Source: a candidate division WOR-1 bacterium RIFOXYB2_FULL_46_45 | Lineage (GTDB): Bacteria; Margulisbacteria; WOR-1; XYC2-FULL-46-14 | Assembly: GCA_001771585.1 (NCBI GenBank) | Contig: MEUE01000001.1 | Coordinates: forward strand, 681,984 to 745,983 | Length of the DNA stretch: 64,000 bases | Direction of reading: 5' to 3' | Part shown: positions 10,826 through 20,029 of the stretch, one piece after another | Layout: the number at the start of each line of letters is the position of its first letter | How positions within the stretch are numbered: the first letter of the stretch is position 1 | Position numbers and translations under genes: made by a program | The notes under the pieces: generated by a model | Told to the model about the DNA's origin: nothing | The model's input: the letters and a program-made list of their open reading frames with translations, nothing else | Database searches by the model: none

Positions 10826-11173
10826 ATGAATAAAGTGATTTTAACCGGCAATCTGGTCGCTGACCCCGAAATCCGCTACACCAAGAAAGACGCCCCGGTA
10901 GCCCATTTCCGCCTGGCGGTAAACCGCAGAGTTAAGAAAGGCGAAGAATCCAAAGCCGATTTCTTTAAATGCGTCGCTTTCAGCGGATTGGCCAAAGTTT
11001 GCGAAGAATACCTCAAAAAAGGAAGATTAGTCGCGATCGAAGGGAAGCTTCAGATGAACAGTTTTGAAGCCAACGGAAAGAAACAGTCGGTAACCGAAGT
11101 CCTGATAGACAATATGCAGATGCTTGATTGGAAAAACCCCAAAAAAGTAGAAGACGTTGTCGAGGTCGGATAA
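10826..11173 (+). CDS. ssb: single-stranded DNA-binding protein (short form, no acidic C-terminal tail)
   Basis: MNKVILTGNLVADPEIRYTKKDAPVAHFRLAVNRR… OB-fold SSB N-terminus. RBS AAGGAGGTG lies 8 nt upstream of the ATG at 10826. Only 116 aa, ending …VEDVVEVG, with no D/E-rich tail and no IPF. Confidence 0.75.
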   Translation: MNKVILTGNLVADPEIRYTKKDAPVAHFRLAVNRRVKKGEESKADFFKCVAFSGLAKVCEEYLKKGRLVAIEGKLQMNSFEANGKKQSVTEVLIDNMQMLDWKNPKKVEDVVEVG

Positions 11174-11178
11174 AGCCG

Positions 11179-11214
11179 CGGGGCTGGGCTAATCATTAGT
11201 CCAGCCCCTTTCCT
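11179..11214 (+). terminator. rho-independent terminator after ssb
   Basis: cggggctgggcta-atcat-tagtccagcccc is a 12-bp stem with one mismatch and a 5-nt loop, followed by TTTCC. Confidence 0.5.
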
Positions 11215-11231
11215 TATGCTATAATTCCTTT

Positions 11232-11891
11232 ATGAAATTCCGGGCCTTGGTTTGTTTGGTTTTCGTTTTCCTCTTGATTGCTCCTGTCTTTGCGGAAGCG
11301 CCCAAAGAGATCAAGCTCCCCGAACCGCAGGTAACCGGCAAGATGTCGGTTGAAGAAGCCCTTTCAAAACGGCGCTCCTGCCGCAGTTATTATCCGAACG
11401 AACTAAGCCCGGAACAAGTTTCGCAACTCCTCTGGGCCGGACAAGGGATAACCGAAAAGGTCTGGGGCTGGAGGACCGCTCCCTCCGCCGGAGCAATCTA
11501 CCCGATTACCCTTTTCCTGGTAAATAAGGATGGAGCCTATGAATATTTTCCGCGCTGGAATAAATTGAAATTGGTGGCAAAAGACGACAAGCGCCCCGGC
11601 TTGACTCGCTGTTCACTGGGACAATCTTTTATCGGTGAAGCTCCTGTTTCAATCGTCGTCGCCGCCGAATTTGATAAAAACAAAAAAAGCTACGGCGGCG
11701 TGCAGGGAACCCGCTATACCCTGCTTGAAGCTGGACACGTGGCGCAAAATATCCATCTGCAGGCAACGGCGCTGGGGCTGGCATCAATTCCGGTCGGTAC
11801 TTTTTGGGACAGCGTCGCCCAATCGTGCCTTAATCTGCCCAAAAATTTAATTCCGGTCTATATCATCCCGATCGGATATTCCAAAGAATGA
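11232..11891 (+). CDS. nitroreductase-family protein (SagB/ThcOx-type dehydrogenase domain), exported/membrane-anchored
   Basis: N-terminal hydrophobic signal. Nitroreductase-fold motifs LSKRRSCRSY…LSPEQVSQLLWAGQGIT…SAGAIYPI. Confidence 0.6.
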   Translation: MKFRALVCLVFVFLLIAPVFAEAPKEIKLPEPQVTGKMSVEEALSKRRSCRSYYPNELSPEQVSQLLWAGQGITEKVWGWRTAPSAGAIYPITLFLVNKDGAYEYFPRWNKLKLVAKDDKRPGLTRCSLGQSFIGEAPVSIVVAAEFDKNKKSYGGVQGTRYTLLEAGHVAQNIHLQATALGLASIPVGTFWDSVAQSCLNLPKNLIPVYIIPIGYSKE

Positions 11892-12769
11892 TCAAAAGAA
11901 GAAAAAAAACCGACTTTTTAAGATTTTTGGCGTTGCTTTTTGTTCTCTTCGGCATGGTCCACTTTTATCTCTATTTCTTCACCCCCCGCTTGATCTCCCC
12001 TCTCTTTCGTTTTGGAGTCCTTGAGAAAGAATACAATATTCTGATTTTGGGGACCGATTTTAATTTTGATCTTGAATCCCATAGGCGGAGCGCCGGCCGC
12101 ACCGATTCGATCCTCTTTTTGCATTACAAACCGTGGAGCCAGAAGTTCCATCTGCTTTCAATCCCTCGCGATTCTTACGTGAATATCCCCGGCTACGGGC
12201 TACAAAAGATCAATAGCGCCTATGTGCTGGGACAAATTAACCTAATCAAAGAAACGGTTGAAAAATTGCTCTCAAAAAAAATCGACCGCTATGTTATTTT
12301 AAACACCGGGCTTTTGGTCAAGACGGTTGACCTGGTCGGCGGGATTAACCTTTATGTTGACCGCGATATGAATTATATCGACAACGCCCAAAAATTGAAT
12401 ATCAACCTTAAACAGGGATACCAGCATTTGAACGGGACGCAGGCGCACCAGTTTATCCGTTTTCGCCACGACGCGATGGGAGACATCACCAGAGTTGAAC
12501 GCCAACAGGTTTTTTTCAAGGCCCTGCTCGCCAAGCTGGCCAATCCTTTTCAAGTCGTCAAAGCACCGATGATGCTCAAGATTATGCGGGAAAATTTGGA
12601 GACCGATCTGTCGCTTAGGGAAACGGTCCTTTTATTAAACTCCGCCCGCATGATGGGGAGAGACGATCTAAAAAGTTTTCTTCTGCCGGGAAATACGATC
12701 GATAACGGCCCCGGAAACTGGTTTATCAATCAGCCGGAGATAAATAAATTGATGCTGGAATCGTTCTAA
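11888..12769 (+). CDS. LCP family protein (LytR-CpsA-Psr), cell-envelope glycopolymer ligase
   Basis: N-terminal TM, then YNILILGTD…RTDSILFLHYKP…FHLLSIPRDSYVNIPGYG…KINSAY, which are characteristic LCP motifs. Confidence 0.8.
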   Translation: MIKRRKKTDFLRFLALLFVLFGMVHFYLYFFTPRLISPLFRFGVLEKEYNILILGTDFNFDLESHRRSAGRTDSILFLHYKPWSQKFHLLSIPRDSYVNIPGYGLQKINSAYVLGQINLIKETVEKLLSKKIDRYVILNTGLLVKTVDLVGGINLYVDRDMNYIDNAQKLNINLKQGYQHLNGTQAHQFIRFRHDAMGDITRVERQQVFFKALLAKLANPFQVVKAPMMLKIMRENLETDLSLRETVLLLNSARMMGRDDLKSFLLPGNTIDNGPGNWFINQPEINKLMLESF

Positions 12770-13710
12770 AGATTTCGGTCCCAATCCTTGAAGACCGGTT
12801 CATACCCTTTGGCAAAAATTGCCGCTGAAACTTCGGCTACGCTACGATGGTCGGCGACCGAAAATTGTTCCGAGGCCGAATCGGACGAAGAATATCCCCC
12901 CGGAGCGGTGCTGGACGCAGCCGACATCTGGGTTATTCCAAGCGGAATAAGATTGTCACGCAATTCCGCCGGTTCACGAGTTGATAAAGTCATGCCGACC
13001 GTCGGAAGAAGAATGCGCAGGCGGCAGATCATTTCAACCAAAGCTTTATCCGTTACCGGATTGAGCGGCTCAAACCCGCGCAGGCGGGGAAAAGAGATTG
13101 AAATTTGTGATTTCCAGAATTTTTTTTGCAAATATTGGGCGTGCGAAGCTAATGCTTGGAGCTCTTTTTGCCATTCGCCAAGACCGAGCAGAAAACCGAT
13201 ATTGATCCTGTGAAAACCGGCTCTCCCTCCCCGTTCCGGCGTTTCAAACCTGAAATCATAATCGGATTTTGGTCCGAATGGATGGACCTTTTTATAAATT
13301 TCGCGGTCGTAAACTTCCTGATAGATTGTTAATCCGTCCACCCCCGCCAAAAACAGCTCCCGATATTCGTCTTCGGACATCGGATAGATCTCAATCGAGA
13401 TGGAAGAGAACAAGTCCCGTAATTTTACTACCAGCTTTTTTAGGTAGTCCATAGAAATAATGTCTTTTCGTTCTCCGGAGACCAAAAGGATATGTTTGAA
13501 TCCCATTTTCGAAAGAATTTTTGCCTCTTCAAAGGCCCGGTCAACGGTCAAACTAATCCGCTTGCCGGAAGCTTTGCTGTTAAAACCGCAATAGACGCAT
13601 TGGTTATTGCATTCGTTGGACAAATATAACGGAGCGTAAAGCAAAATTGTTTTTCCAAAATGTTTTTGGGTTAATTGTTGGGACTTTTGAGCCAGTGCCT
13701 CCAGGTTCAT
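12766..13710 (-). CDS. thiH: 2-iminoacetate synthase ThiH (radical SAM tyrosine lyase)
   Basis: [20 protein letters not shown] (CxxxCxxC radical-SAM cluster in the ThiH context YVPLYLSNLCANDCTYCGF). Extended similarity to E. coli ThiH (…[10 protein letters not shown]…LSTRE…VFKDWD). Overlaps thiG (ATGA). Confidence 0.85.
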   Translation of the reverse strand: MNLEALAQKSQQLTQKHFGKTILLYAPLYLSNECNNQCVYCGFNSKASGKRISLTVDRAFEEAKILSKMGFKHILLVSGERKDIISMDYLKKLVVKLRDLFSSISIEIYPMSEDEYRELFLAGVDGLTIYQEVYDREIYKKVHPFGPKSDYDFRFETPERGGRAGFHRINIGFLLGLGEWQKELQALASHAQYLQKKFWKSQISISFPRLRGFEPLNPVTDKALVEMICRLRILLPTVGMTLSTREPAELRDNLIPLGITQMSAASSTAPGGYSSSDSASEQFSVADHRSVAEVSAAIFAKGYEPVFKDWDRNL

Positions 13711-14534
13711 CGCAAAAAACCGGTCAGCGGACTGGAGGCGGAGGCGGTATCGGAAGAAATTGCTAAACCCGCCTCAAAACCCTCTCGTCCGGCTTCAACC
13801 GCTTTTTTGAAAGCCTGCGCCATTAATTTTGGATTAGGAGCGATCGCAATCGCGGTATTGACCAAAACGGCATCGGCGCCAAGTTCCATTGCAAGTGCGG
13901 CGTGAGATGGGGCGCCAAGGCCAGCATCAACAACAACCGGAACTCTGGCTTGTTCTATGATAATTTTGATTGAGTCAATAGTTTTTATCCCTTTGTGCGA
14001 CCCGATGGGTGAACCAAGCGGCATAACCGTGGCGCAGCCGGCATCCTGTAATTTCAAGGCCAGGACCGGATCGGCATTGATATATGGAAGGACGACAAAG
14101 CCCTCTTTGACTAAAATTTCGGCCGCCTTTAAGGTTTCGATCGGATCGGGGAGGAGATAATTTGGATCGGGAGTCACTTCCAGTTTTATCCAGTTACTTA
14201 ATCCTGATGCTTTCGCCAGGCGGGCGATGCGGACCGCCTCTTCGGCGCTTCTGGCGCCGGAAGTATTGGGAAGAAAAAGATATTTTTTGCGGTCAATCGC
14301 TTCGATAAAATTATCTTGCGGGTTATCCATATCGACTCTGCGCAGGGCCACGGTTACAATTTCCGCTCCCGACGCTTCAATTGCTTCAAGCATCGTTTTG
14401 GTGTTTGGAAATTTACCGGTCCCCAAAAAAAGGCGGGATTTTATTTCGCGGCCGGAAATTATGAGCGGTGGGGACTGGGAGCACCCCACACTAAAGTGTG
14501 GGGAATTGGGGTTTGAAAGCACTTTTTCCGTCAT
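13707..14534 (-). CDS. thiG: thiazole synthase ThiG (with unusual ~25-aa N-terminal extension containing a REP palindrome)
   Basis: …[36 protein letters not shown]… matches ThiG (E. coli …[35 protein letters not shown]…). The first ATG (14534) adds [25 protein letters not shown], and this stretch includes the REP palindrome at 14484-14504. Confidence 0.85.
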   Translation of the reverse strand: MTEKVLSNPNSPHFSVGCSQSPPLIISGREIKSRLFLGTGKFPNTKTMLEAIEASGAEIVTVALRRVDMDNPQDNFIEAIDRKKYLFLPNTSGARSAEEAVRIARLAKASGLSNWIKLEVTPDPNYLLPDPIETLKAAEILVKEGFVVLPYINADPVLALKLQDAGCATVMPLGSPIGSHKGIKTIDSIKIIIEQARVPVVVDAGLGAPSHAALAMELGADAVLVNTAIAIAPNPKLMAQAFKKAVEAGREGFEAGLAISSDTASASSPLTGFLR

Positions 14535-14640
14535 ATTTATATTATAACACCAAACTACTAGCCTCTTGCTGAAAAACCTATGTTAGGGGGTGGATAGGTT
14601 CTACGGTAAGAAGAAATACCCCACATTTAAATGTGGGGTA
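14484..14640. repeat. two REP-like palindromes (CCCCACA-N6-TGTGGGG) on the 3' side of the RAYT gene
   Basis: 14484-14504 ccccacactaaagtgtgggg; 14619-14638 ccccacatttaaatgtgggg (extended taccccacatttaaatgtggggta). Confidence 0.8.
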
Positions 14641-14657
14641 TTTCCCCCAAGTGTTGG

Positions 14658-15037
14658 CTATATTAGGTGCAAATCCTTCTTCTGGTTGCTTACATATCGG
14701 CTCACGGTAACTAATGCCTCTTCAGGAACTTCCTTAAAGGCATACTTTCTGGCCCAAAGATTATTAATTTTCATTTGTTCCTTTAAAATTGGGAAGGTCT
14801 TAAATATTCTTCTCGCCGAAATGCCTTTCAAAAACTTTACGGCTTTGGGTAGTTCATCTCTATTAGTCAATTCTAATAAAAGATGGGCATGATCAGGTAA
14901 TGTTCCATGCGCTACTAATCGAATGTTTTTATTTTTTGAAATTTCTTCAAAAAAGATGCTAATTTCTTTATCAATCTCGTCTATCAAAATCCGCCTCTTT
15001 CTTTTCGTTTGAAACCAAACATGAAAGTATTTCATTT
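14658..15037 (-). CDS. REP-associated tyrosine transposase (RAYT), IS200/IS605 TnpA-like Y1 HuH enzyme
   Basis: MKYFHVWFQTKRKRRILIDE…LVAHGTLPDHAHLLLELTN…LPKAVKFLKGISARRIF…SRYVSNQKK. The HuH motif (HAHLLL) and the catalytic Tyr in the Y-x-x-NQ motif match IS200 TnpA/RAYT. Start moved to MKYFHV; the upstream 47 codons of the tabulated ORF run through REP palindromes. Flanked by REP-like palindromes on both sides. Confidence 0.75.
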
Positions 15038-15089
15038 TTCTCGTCTCCTTTTTTTTCCAAAACACCTTAGGGGACTGTCGCATAATGCA

Positions 15090-15355
15090 CCCCGGACTAA
15101 AGTCCGGGGAATTTTTGGCGGCTTCCTCCTCGTGAATTCCCCACATTTTAATGTGGGGTTGCCACAAAATATTCATTTCGCGGCAGACACCTTAGCTCAA
15201 ATACCCCACAATTAATTGTGGGGTATTTGATATCGGTAATTTCTAATATCCTTAGCAATTTTGCCGCCAGAAATATGGGGAACCATAAAAAAATCCCCAG
15301 ATTTTATTCTGGGGGACATTCCTAGACCGTAAATTCCCCATAATTTATTATGGGG
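15090..15355. repeat. five REP-like palindromes on the 5' side of the RAYT gene
   Basis: 15090-15109 ccccggactaaagtccgggg; 15139-15158 ccccacattttaatgtgggg; 15204-15223 ccccacaattaattgtgggg; 15295-15314 ccccagattttattctgggg; 15336-15355 ccccataatttattatgggg. All share the consensus CCCC-R-N(8-10)-Y-GGGG with an AT-rich loop. Confidence 0.8.
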
Positions 15356-15364
15356 TGAACCTAA

Positions 15365-16747
15365 CTATCTACTAAGCCACTTATCGATCTCTCTCGCCGC
15401 CAGCTTGCCGTCCCCCATCGCGGAAATAACGGTAGCCGCTCCGCGGACAATGTCGCCGCCGGCGAAAACACCGGGGATTGACGTCATTTTTGTTTGTTGA
15501 TCTATAATTACACCGCCCCAATTGTGAATAGTGAGTCGTGAATCGGAAAGAGGAATGAGAGGATTCGGTTTGTTGCCGATCGCCACAACAACCGTATCAA
15601 CCGGAATGCGGTATTCGGATCCCTGGACAGGAACAGGACGCCGTCTCCCCGATTTATCGGGCTCGCCAAGCTCCATCTTTAGGCACTCCGCCTCTTTTAC
15701 CCATCCTTTTTCATCGCCAAACAGCTCGGTCGGCGCGGTCAAAAGATGAAATTCGATCTTCTCTTCCTCCGCCCGCTCCAATTCTTCCTTTCTGGCGGGG
15801 ATCTCCGTTCTGCTTCTACGATAAATTATCTTAACTTCTTCGGCTCCCAACCTTAAAGCGCAGCGAGCCGCGTCCATGGCGACATTCCCGGCCCCAAAAA
15901 CCGCGACTTTTTTGCCGATCTTAATCGGGGTCATATATTCCGGAAACTTGTAGGCCTTCATCATATTAATACGGGTCAAAAATTCGTTGGCGGAATAAAC
16001 TCCCAGCAAATTTTCGCCGGGAATTCCCATAAAGTTCGGCAGTCCGGCGCCGGAACCGACAAAGATCGCCTTGTAGCCGTCTTTAAACAATTGTTCAATC
16101 GTTATCGTCTTACCGATCAAAACATCGTTTAAGATTTCAACTCCAAGTGATTTGACGTATTCAATTTCGGTACGGACAATTCTCTTGGGCAATCTAAATT
16201 CGGGGATCCCGTAGATCAAAACCCCGCCGGAGTCCGACAAAGATTCAAACATGGTGACTTTATATCCCATCAGCGCCAAATCCGCCGCACAGGTGATACC
16301 TGCTGGACCGGAGCCAACCACTGCCACTTTTGAATTTTGAACATTAGAATTTTGAATTTGTTTAGGATTTAGAGTTTCGGATTTCGTTTTTTCCGAAGCG
16401 AAGCGTTCAAGTGCTCCAATCGCCACCGGTTTCCCCTTAATTCCCAAAATACACTCTTTTTCGCACTGATCTTCCTGCGGACAAACACGGCCGCAAACCG
16501 CAGGCAGTGCGTTTTTCTCTTTTATTTTGGCAAGGGCTTCTTCTCTTTTCCCTTCGGCAATCAGTTTTATAAACCCGGGGATATCAATCTCTACCGGACA
16601 GCCGGAAACGCATTTCGGTTTTTTGCATTGGATACAGCGTTTGGCCTCGGAAATCGCGGTTTCAAGGTCAAAGGGAAGAGCAACTTCTTCAAAGTCCTTG
16701 ATGCGTTCGGAAACGGAGCGCTCCGGTATTTTGTGGCGGTCGGTCAT
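15365..16747 (-). CDS. NADPH-dependent glutamate synthase small-subunit-like / sulfide dehydrogenase SudA-like FAD/NAD(P) oxidoreductase with N-terminal 2x[4Fe-4S] domain
   Basis: N-terminal Cys clusters CIQCKKPKCVSGCP…CGRVCPQEDQCEKEC. Dinucleotide folds VAVVGSGPAGITCAADLA and VAVFGAGNVAMDAAR, which is GltD/SudA/dihydropyrimidine dehydrogenase PreT-like architecture. Confidence 0.8.
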   Translation of the reverse strand: MTDRHKIPERSVSERIKDFEEVALPFDLETAISEAKRCIQCKKPKCVSGCPVEIDIPGFIKLIAEGKREEALAKIKEKNALPAVCGRVCPQEDQCEKECILGIKGKPVAIGALERFASEKTKSETLNPKQIQNSNVQNSKVAVVGSGPAGITCAADLALMGYKVTMFESLSDSGGVLIYGIPEFRLPKRIVRTEIEYVKSLGVEILNDVLIGKTITIEQLFKDGYKAIFVGSGAGLPNFMGIPGENLLGVYSANEFLTRINMMKAYKFPEYMTPIKIGKKVAVFGAGNVAMDAARCALRLGAEEVKIIYRRSRTEIPARKEELERAEEEKIEFHLLTAPTELFGDEKGWVKEAECLKMELGEPDKSGRRRPVPVQGSEYRIPVDTVVVAIGNKPNPLIPLSDSRLTIHNWGGVIIDQQTKMTSIPGVFAGGDIVRGAATVISAMGDGKLAAREIDKWLSR

Positions 16748-16767
16748 ATTTGATTAATTATAACATA

Positions 16768-17301
16768 TTATGGATTAACCAAAACAGGAACACTTGTAAA
16801 AAGTGTCGGGATTTCAAAGAAAAAATTTTGCCCCAACCTCTTTTTTCCTCCGGCTTCAATTATTTTTTGTACTCCATAGGGATTGCTGGATATCGAAAAA
16901 ATCCAAGAGTCCGGGTTCTTTTCAATAATCTGACCGGTTAAATCCGCTCCATTGAGTTTTCCCGGAATATTAAAATCCATAAAAATCACCGAAAGATCCG
17001 CGGGTCGTACAAGTTGAACCGCCTGTTCAAAGCCCGGTTCCTCTGATGCCGTAAAAACCGGCAAACTACCATCTCTAGGAAGAATCTCTGAAGGTAGTTT
17101 TGTTAAAGAATAAAAAACTCCAAGCCCTTCCGGCCTAAAAGTAAACCGAAGTATCTCTATAATCATGTTCAATCTGTCGGGATAGTCGTCAATCACCATC
17201 ACCCTGGCAATTTCTCTTTCTATATATTGTCCTCCTATCGCCAAAGGGTTGGTTTTTAATAGGCGGCGATAAACAGGAATTGTGGAGAAAGCGTTTGTCA
17301 T
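16768..17301 (-). CDS. stand-alone CheY-like receiver (REC) domain protein, possibly degenerate
   Basis: …VMVIDDYPD…VIFMDFNIPGKLNGADL…FSISSNP…GGKK… fits acidic pocket, phospho-Asp, T and K positions of REC only loosely. Confidence 0.4.
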   Translation of the reverse strand: MTNAFSTIPVYRRLLKTNPLAIGGQYIEREIARVMVIDDYPDRLNMIIEILRFTFRPEGLGVFYSLTKLPSEILPRDGSLPVFTASEEPGFEQAVQLVRPADLSVIFMDFNIPGKLNGADLTGQIIEKNPDSWIFSISSNPYGVQKIIEAGGKKRLGQNFFFEIPTLFTSVPVLVNP

Positions 17302-17412
17302 ATCTTTTTATCTTAAAGAAATAAAAAAAATTTCACTCAAAAAAAGAATCGGGAGCTCTTTTCTCCTCAAAGTGTCTTTATTCCCTTCAAGAAAAATTAA
17401 GCTCCCGAATTC

Positions 17413-18138
17413 TTATAACGTTATCATCTGGCCGATGCCGATATCGAATCCTTTCGATGACCTGGGGGTTGCAGAATCCCCGGTCCTTAGGATCGAATAT
17501 CCGATCTGCGCGAAGCTCTTGCTCCCCAGACCGATATCTCCGGCTACGCCAACGTAAACCTGTCCGCCAATGGATCCGGACTTGCTCCCGGAACGGTTAA
17601 CCAGATAGTTAATACCGCCCTGAAGGTACATCCCCATTGGGAACATGATTACCCCGTCAAGATAAATCGGAATGCCTCTAAAAGCGACATCCTTAGTATC
17701 ATTGCCGGTGAAGTAACCAAGTCCCAGCTTATAGCCGACCGCTTCCTTCTGCAGTCCTATGATCCCGCCTAATCCCAAAGGATCCGGCAAGAGCAGGTCC
17801 GCCCGAAGGCCGACAATCGACTTATCCATCACATAGTTCACTGCCAGGTCGGTGTTTAATCCCCATCCAAACAGCCCGGTTGAAGGGGCCGCTTTCATTG
17901 GAGCGGGAGCAACCGCCTGAGGAACCGTCTCCATCGCTTGCAGTCTCACTTTCTGGTCGGCAATCATCTGGTTAAGCTTTAATACTCTGGTATGATCATT
18001 TGCTCTGGTCGCAACACCTAGCTTGTTCTCAAGCGTGCTAATGTACGCTCTTACCTGATTAGGGGTCGCGGCATTCCCAACATTAATGATGCAAACCACA
18101 AAAGCTACCGCAAACAATAAAACTACTAATTTCTTCAT
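17413..18138 (-). CDS. exported Gly-rich protein, putative outer-membrane beta-barrel
   Basis: Signal peptide MKKLVVLLFAVAFVVCIINVGNA. C-terminal 150 aa has alternating hydrophobic pattern rich in G/Y/S, typical of small OMPs. No family recognised. Confidence 0.35.
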   Translation of the reverse strand: MKKLVVLLFAVAFVVCIINVGNAATPNQVRAYISTLENKLGVATRANDHTRVLKLNQMIADQKVRLQAMETVPQAVAPAPMKAAPSTGLFGWGLNTDLAVNYVMDKSIVGLRADLLLPDPLGLGGIIGLQKEAVGYKLGLGYFTGNDTKDVAFRGIPIYLDGVIMFPMGMYLQGGINYLVNRSGSKSGSIGGQVYVGVAGDIGLGSKSFAQIGYSILRTGDSATPRSSKGFDIGIGQMITL

Positions 18139-18202
18139 TAAATTTCACCCCCTTGTTTGCCTGGTTGGCTCGGGGTTAGTTTATATAATATACGGGGGAT
18201 TG

Positions 18203-19999
18203 TCAAGTAGCCCGGGCACGTTCATTTTCGGTCAGCAGCTTTTTGCGCAAACGAATGTTTTTGGGCGTTATTTCAACCAATTCGTCATCGGAGATAAATT
18301 CGATCGCCGATTCAATTGTCAAAACAATCGGCGGGGTCAGCTTGACCGCTTCATCGGCTCCGGCGGAGCGGATATTGGTTTTTTTCTTTTCTTTGCAGGC
18401 ATTGACCGGCATATCTTTGGCGCGGGAGCATTCGCCCACAATCTGGCCGCAATAAACCGAAACCCCCGGCCCGACAAACAGCCGGCCCCGCTCCTGCAAA
18501 TTATTTAAGGCATAAGAAGCGGTCTTCCCGTTTTCACAGGAAATTAAAACCCCGTTTTGTCTTTTTGGGATTTCTCCCTTAAACCGTTCGTAGCGGTAAA
18601 ACCCGTGATTTAAGATTCCCTCCCCTTTCGTATCCATGATGAACTCGGAACGGAAACCGAGCAATCCGCGGGTCGGTATATTATAGGTTAAATTGGTAAC
18701 TTTGTTTTTTACCTGCATATCCTGCATCTCACCCCTGCGCTTCCCCAGTTTTTCTATAACGACCCCGGCAAACTCTTCGGGAACCGAAATCATTGCCTGT
18801 TCGATCGGCTCCATTGTTTCGTTGTTGATCGTCTTATAAATTATCTGCGGCTGGGAGACCTGGATCTCGTATCCCTCTCTCCGCATCTCTTCAAGCAAAA
18901 TAGAAAGATGCAATTCACCCCGCCCCGAAACCTTATAACCCTCCCCGTTCTCAAACGGTTCCATTTTAAGCCCGACATTGGTCTCCATTTCCCGCGTCAG
19001 ACGGTCCCTGATATGGCGGGTGGTAACATATTTTCCTTCTTTGCCGGCAAAGGGAGAGTTGTTGACCAAAAATTCCATTGAAAGGGTCGGCTCGTCGATC
19101 ACCAAAAGCGGCATCGGCTTCGGATTTTCCTTCGAACAAACCGTTTCCCCAATCGTAATCTGCGGGATCCCGGCAACCGAAACAATATCTCCGCACTCCG
19201 CCTGTTCGGTCTCAACCTCTTTCAATCCTTCAAAAGTGGAAAGCTTGGTGATTTTGGCCTGTTCGATTGATCCGTCACGCCTGCAAACAACAATTGATTC
19301 CCCCTTCTTCAAGGTCCCGGAAAAGACCCGTCCGATCCCGATCCGGCCGACATAGTCGTTGTACGCCAGATTGGCAACCTGCATCTGCAAAGGTTCGTCC
19401 CTTTTGTCCGGATAGGGAGGAACATGCTTTATGATCGTCTCAAAAAGAGGAGTAAGATCGGAGCTTTCGTCTTCAAGATTATATTTGGCGATCCCCTGGC
19501 GGGAGATGGTGTAAACGATCGGAAAATCAAGCTGGGCGTCGTTCGCCTCCAGTTTTACAAAGAGATCAAAAACCATGTCGACAACTTTATGGGCACGGTG
19601 GCCGGTCTTATCGATTTTATTGATTACCACAATCGGCTTGAGCCCCAGCTTGAGCGACTTTGAAAGGACAAACTTGGTCTGCGGCATCGGCCCCTCTTTG
19701 GCGTCGACCAAAAGGAGGACCGAATCAACCATTTTCAACACCCGCTCCACTTCGGAGCCGAAGTCGGCGTGGCCGGGGGTATCGACAATGTTTATTTTGC
19801 GGTCCTTATAATGTATGGAACAGTTCTTGGAGAAGATGGTAATCCCGCGCTCTTTTTCCAAATCATTGGAATCCATCACCAGATCTTGAAGCTCTTCTCT
19901 CTCCCCAAAGGCCCCACCCTGCCGCAAAAGGTAGTCGGTTAAAGTCGTCTTTCCATGGTCAACGTGCGCTATTATAGCGATATTCAGTATTTTGGGCAT
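18203..19999 (-). CDS. typA: translational GTPase TypA/BipA
   Basis: [25 protein letters not shown]…DTPGHADF…NKIDK. Length of 598 aa and EF-G-like domain order are characteristic of BipA. Confidence 0.9.
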   Translation of the reverse strand: MPKILNIAIIAHVDHGKTTLTDYLLRQGGAFGEREELQDLVMDSNDLEKERGITIFSKNCSIHYKDRKINIVDTPGHADFGSEVERVLKMVDSVLLLVDAKEGPMPQTKFVLSKSLKLGLKPIVVINKIDKTGHRAHKVVDMVFDLFVKLEANDAQLDFPIVYTISRQGIAKYNLEDESSDLTPLFETIIKHVPPYPDKRDEPLQMQVANLAYNDYVGRIGIGRVFSGTLKKGESIVVCRRDGSIEQAKITKLSTFEGLKEVETEQAECGDIVSVAGIPQITIGETVCSKENPKPMPLLVIDEPTLSMEFLVNNSPFAGKEGKYVTTRHIRDRLTREMETNVGLKMEPFENGEGYKVSGRGELHLSILLEEMRREGYEIQVSQPQIIYKTINNETMEPIEQAMISVPEEFAGVVIEKLGKRRGEMQDMQVKNKVTNLTYNIPTRGLLGFRSEFIMDTKGEGILNHGFYRYERFKGEIPKRQNGVLISCENGKTASYALNNLQERGRLFVGPGVSVYCGQIVGECSRAKDMPVNACKEKKKTNIRSAGADEAVKLTPPIVLTIESAIEFISDDELVEITPKNIRLRKKLLTENERARAT

Positions 20000-20029
20000 A
20001 CTTTAAGTATATCACGACAGGCGTTTAAA

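Noticed and set aside
13957-14547. Plus-strand ORFs antisense to thiG (13957-14160, 14227-14547, 14316-14516)
   Set aside because: They are shadow ORFs within a strongly supported thiG CDS.
13711-14660. Search for thiS upstream of thiG
   Set aside because: No small ORF ending in Gly-Gly is visible. The region is occupied by REP palindromes. thiS is probably elsewhere or missed.
14590-15215. Plus-strand ORFs 14590-14892 and 15009-15215 and the 47-codon N-terminal extension of the RAYT ORF
   Set aside because: They overlap REP palindromes and the RAYT gene. The extension translates palindromic DNA (…HIKMWGIHEEE…). The RAYT core begins at the MKYFHV ATG.
18086-18508. 140-aa plus-strand ORF overlapping the typA 3' region and intergenic space
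   Set aside because: It is antisense to typA with low-complexity composition and no RBS. It is a likely shadow.
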